The notes under the pieces are model-generated. The model did no database searches. It was not told the DNA's origin and saw only the letters and a program-made list of their open reading frames with translations. From assembly GCA_024679065.1 (NCBI GenBank), contig JAGIQG010000013.1, positions 35,092,001-35,156,000 on the forward strand: a stretch of DNA of 64,000 bases, read 5' to 3'. A program made the position numbers and the translations under genes. The stretch comes from Sphyrna mokarran. Taxonomy: Eukaryota. Positions within the stretch are counted from its first letter, which is position 1, and every line of letters begins with the position of its first letter. Shown piece after piece: positions 62,929 through 64,000 of the stretch.

Positions 62929-64000
62929 CTGAAAAACATGAATATTAATTTTTTAATATTTCCTCTGCACATCCAAAAAGGAAGGCATATTGTGGAGTCT
63001 AGACAAATTGAATCTTACATGGAAAATCAGCAGAATAAATCCATGTGGAATACACTATATGTGCCTTTTTGTTATTAAAGTGAGGGCGTCAGTGTTGAGG
63101 GATTATTTGCCTATTCCTAAATCTCATGTGAGCATCAAATACTAAAGATAGCAAAAACAGAAGAAACTATCCAAAGCATATCACTCATTTTGCACCTGAA
63201 ATCAAACCTCAGAAATACAGATCTTTTACACATTGTTTCACTTTCCAAAATTAACTGCCCAAGAATATGCTGATGGAAAGTTCAATTAAAGTCTTCTGAA
63301 GAAAATTAGATAACAATCAAAAAAGCAAAAATTTGCAAGACAATGGGGTGAAAAGTAATGGACTGACACTAAAGGAGTTACTTGCAGTGAGCTAGCATGG
63401 ACACAATTAGCTAAATGGCCTCCTTCTGTACTGTAACCATCCTTTGATTCTATTGTTTGGCCTCTTTGAATAAAAATAAAGAGTGGTATTAGCAGACATG
63501 AGTTATACTCACTTCAATCTGCACATGTTTACTTATCAAAGCAGAAAGTTTTCATACCAATAACTAAAATTGGAATCTCAGGTCTGAAATGCAAAAACAT
63601 ACTGCTTTAATCCATGGAAAACTAGTTGCAAAAGATGGATAAGGAAACCATTTATTTAATTGGATTTAATTCTAGTGGTTTTGTCAAAGTCATAACATGT
63701 GTTTTTAATACCATTAAGATCTTTCTTGTTACTATCACCCAGTCTCATAATAAAAATTAAATTTGCACACAAATTGGTGTTTTTTAATAAAAGGAAGATA
63801 TTACCATATAAAAAGTTCAGAATCAATAGAAAATTTAGAAAATATAAAGATCTGAATGATCTGTTGGATTTCAGAGACTCCCTACAATTCTATCATTTTG
63901 GACAACAATCCTGGAGAGGATTTCAACATTCATCTGTCCTATTGATTTTTCTGGAAAAGAAAACTGGAAGCTCAAGAACATACAAAGAGCAACTTCCATC

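Overview
Eukaryotic, AT-rich, retroposon-dense vertebrate DNA, most likely a cartilaginous fish (inferred from HE1/V-type SINEs, CR1 LINEs and Penelope-like elements). Two conserved genes lie on the minus strand: the first coding exon of TRIM45 (8-465; RING + B-box) and 19 coding exons of TTF2 (SNF2 ATPase, 26278-62928; 5' exons outside the window). Between them, on the plus strand, I reconstructed by hand a complete 5-exon immunoglobulin-superfamily gene that the ORF track shows only in fragments. Its exons are: leader (7981-8026), germline-joined VJ domain (8118-8453), C1-set domain (9383-9682), transmembrane exon with an Arg (21068-21170) and a short tail exon (21253-21262), giving 264 aa. 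This is a non-rearranging antigen-receptor-like architecture. Reading through the C1 donor gives ...SRGK-stop with AATAAA 4 nt later, so the gene may also make an IgG-style secreted form. The rest is retroposon sequence: nested CR1s, a young Neptune-type Penelope element, Penelope termini with minimal hammerhead motifs, Rex1/Babar and RTE remnants, SINEs, a tRNA-Gln/LINE-tail chimera, and a CR1 3' UTR module with a splice acceptor and covarying hairpins. Exon boundaries were read by eye; repeat boundaries are approximate.
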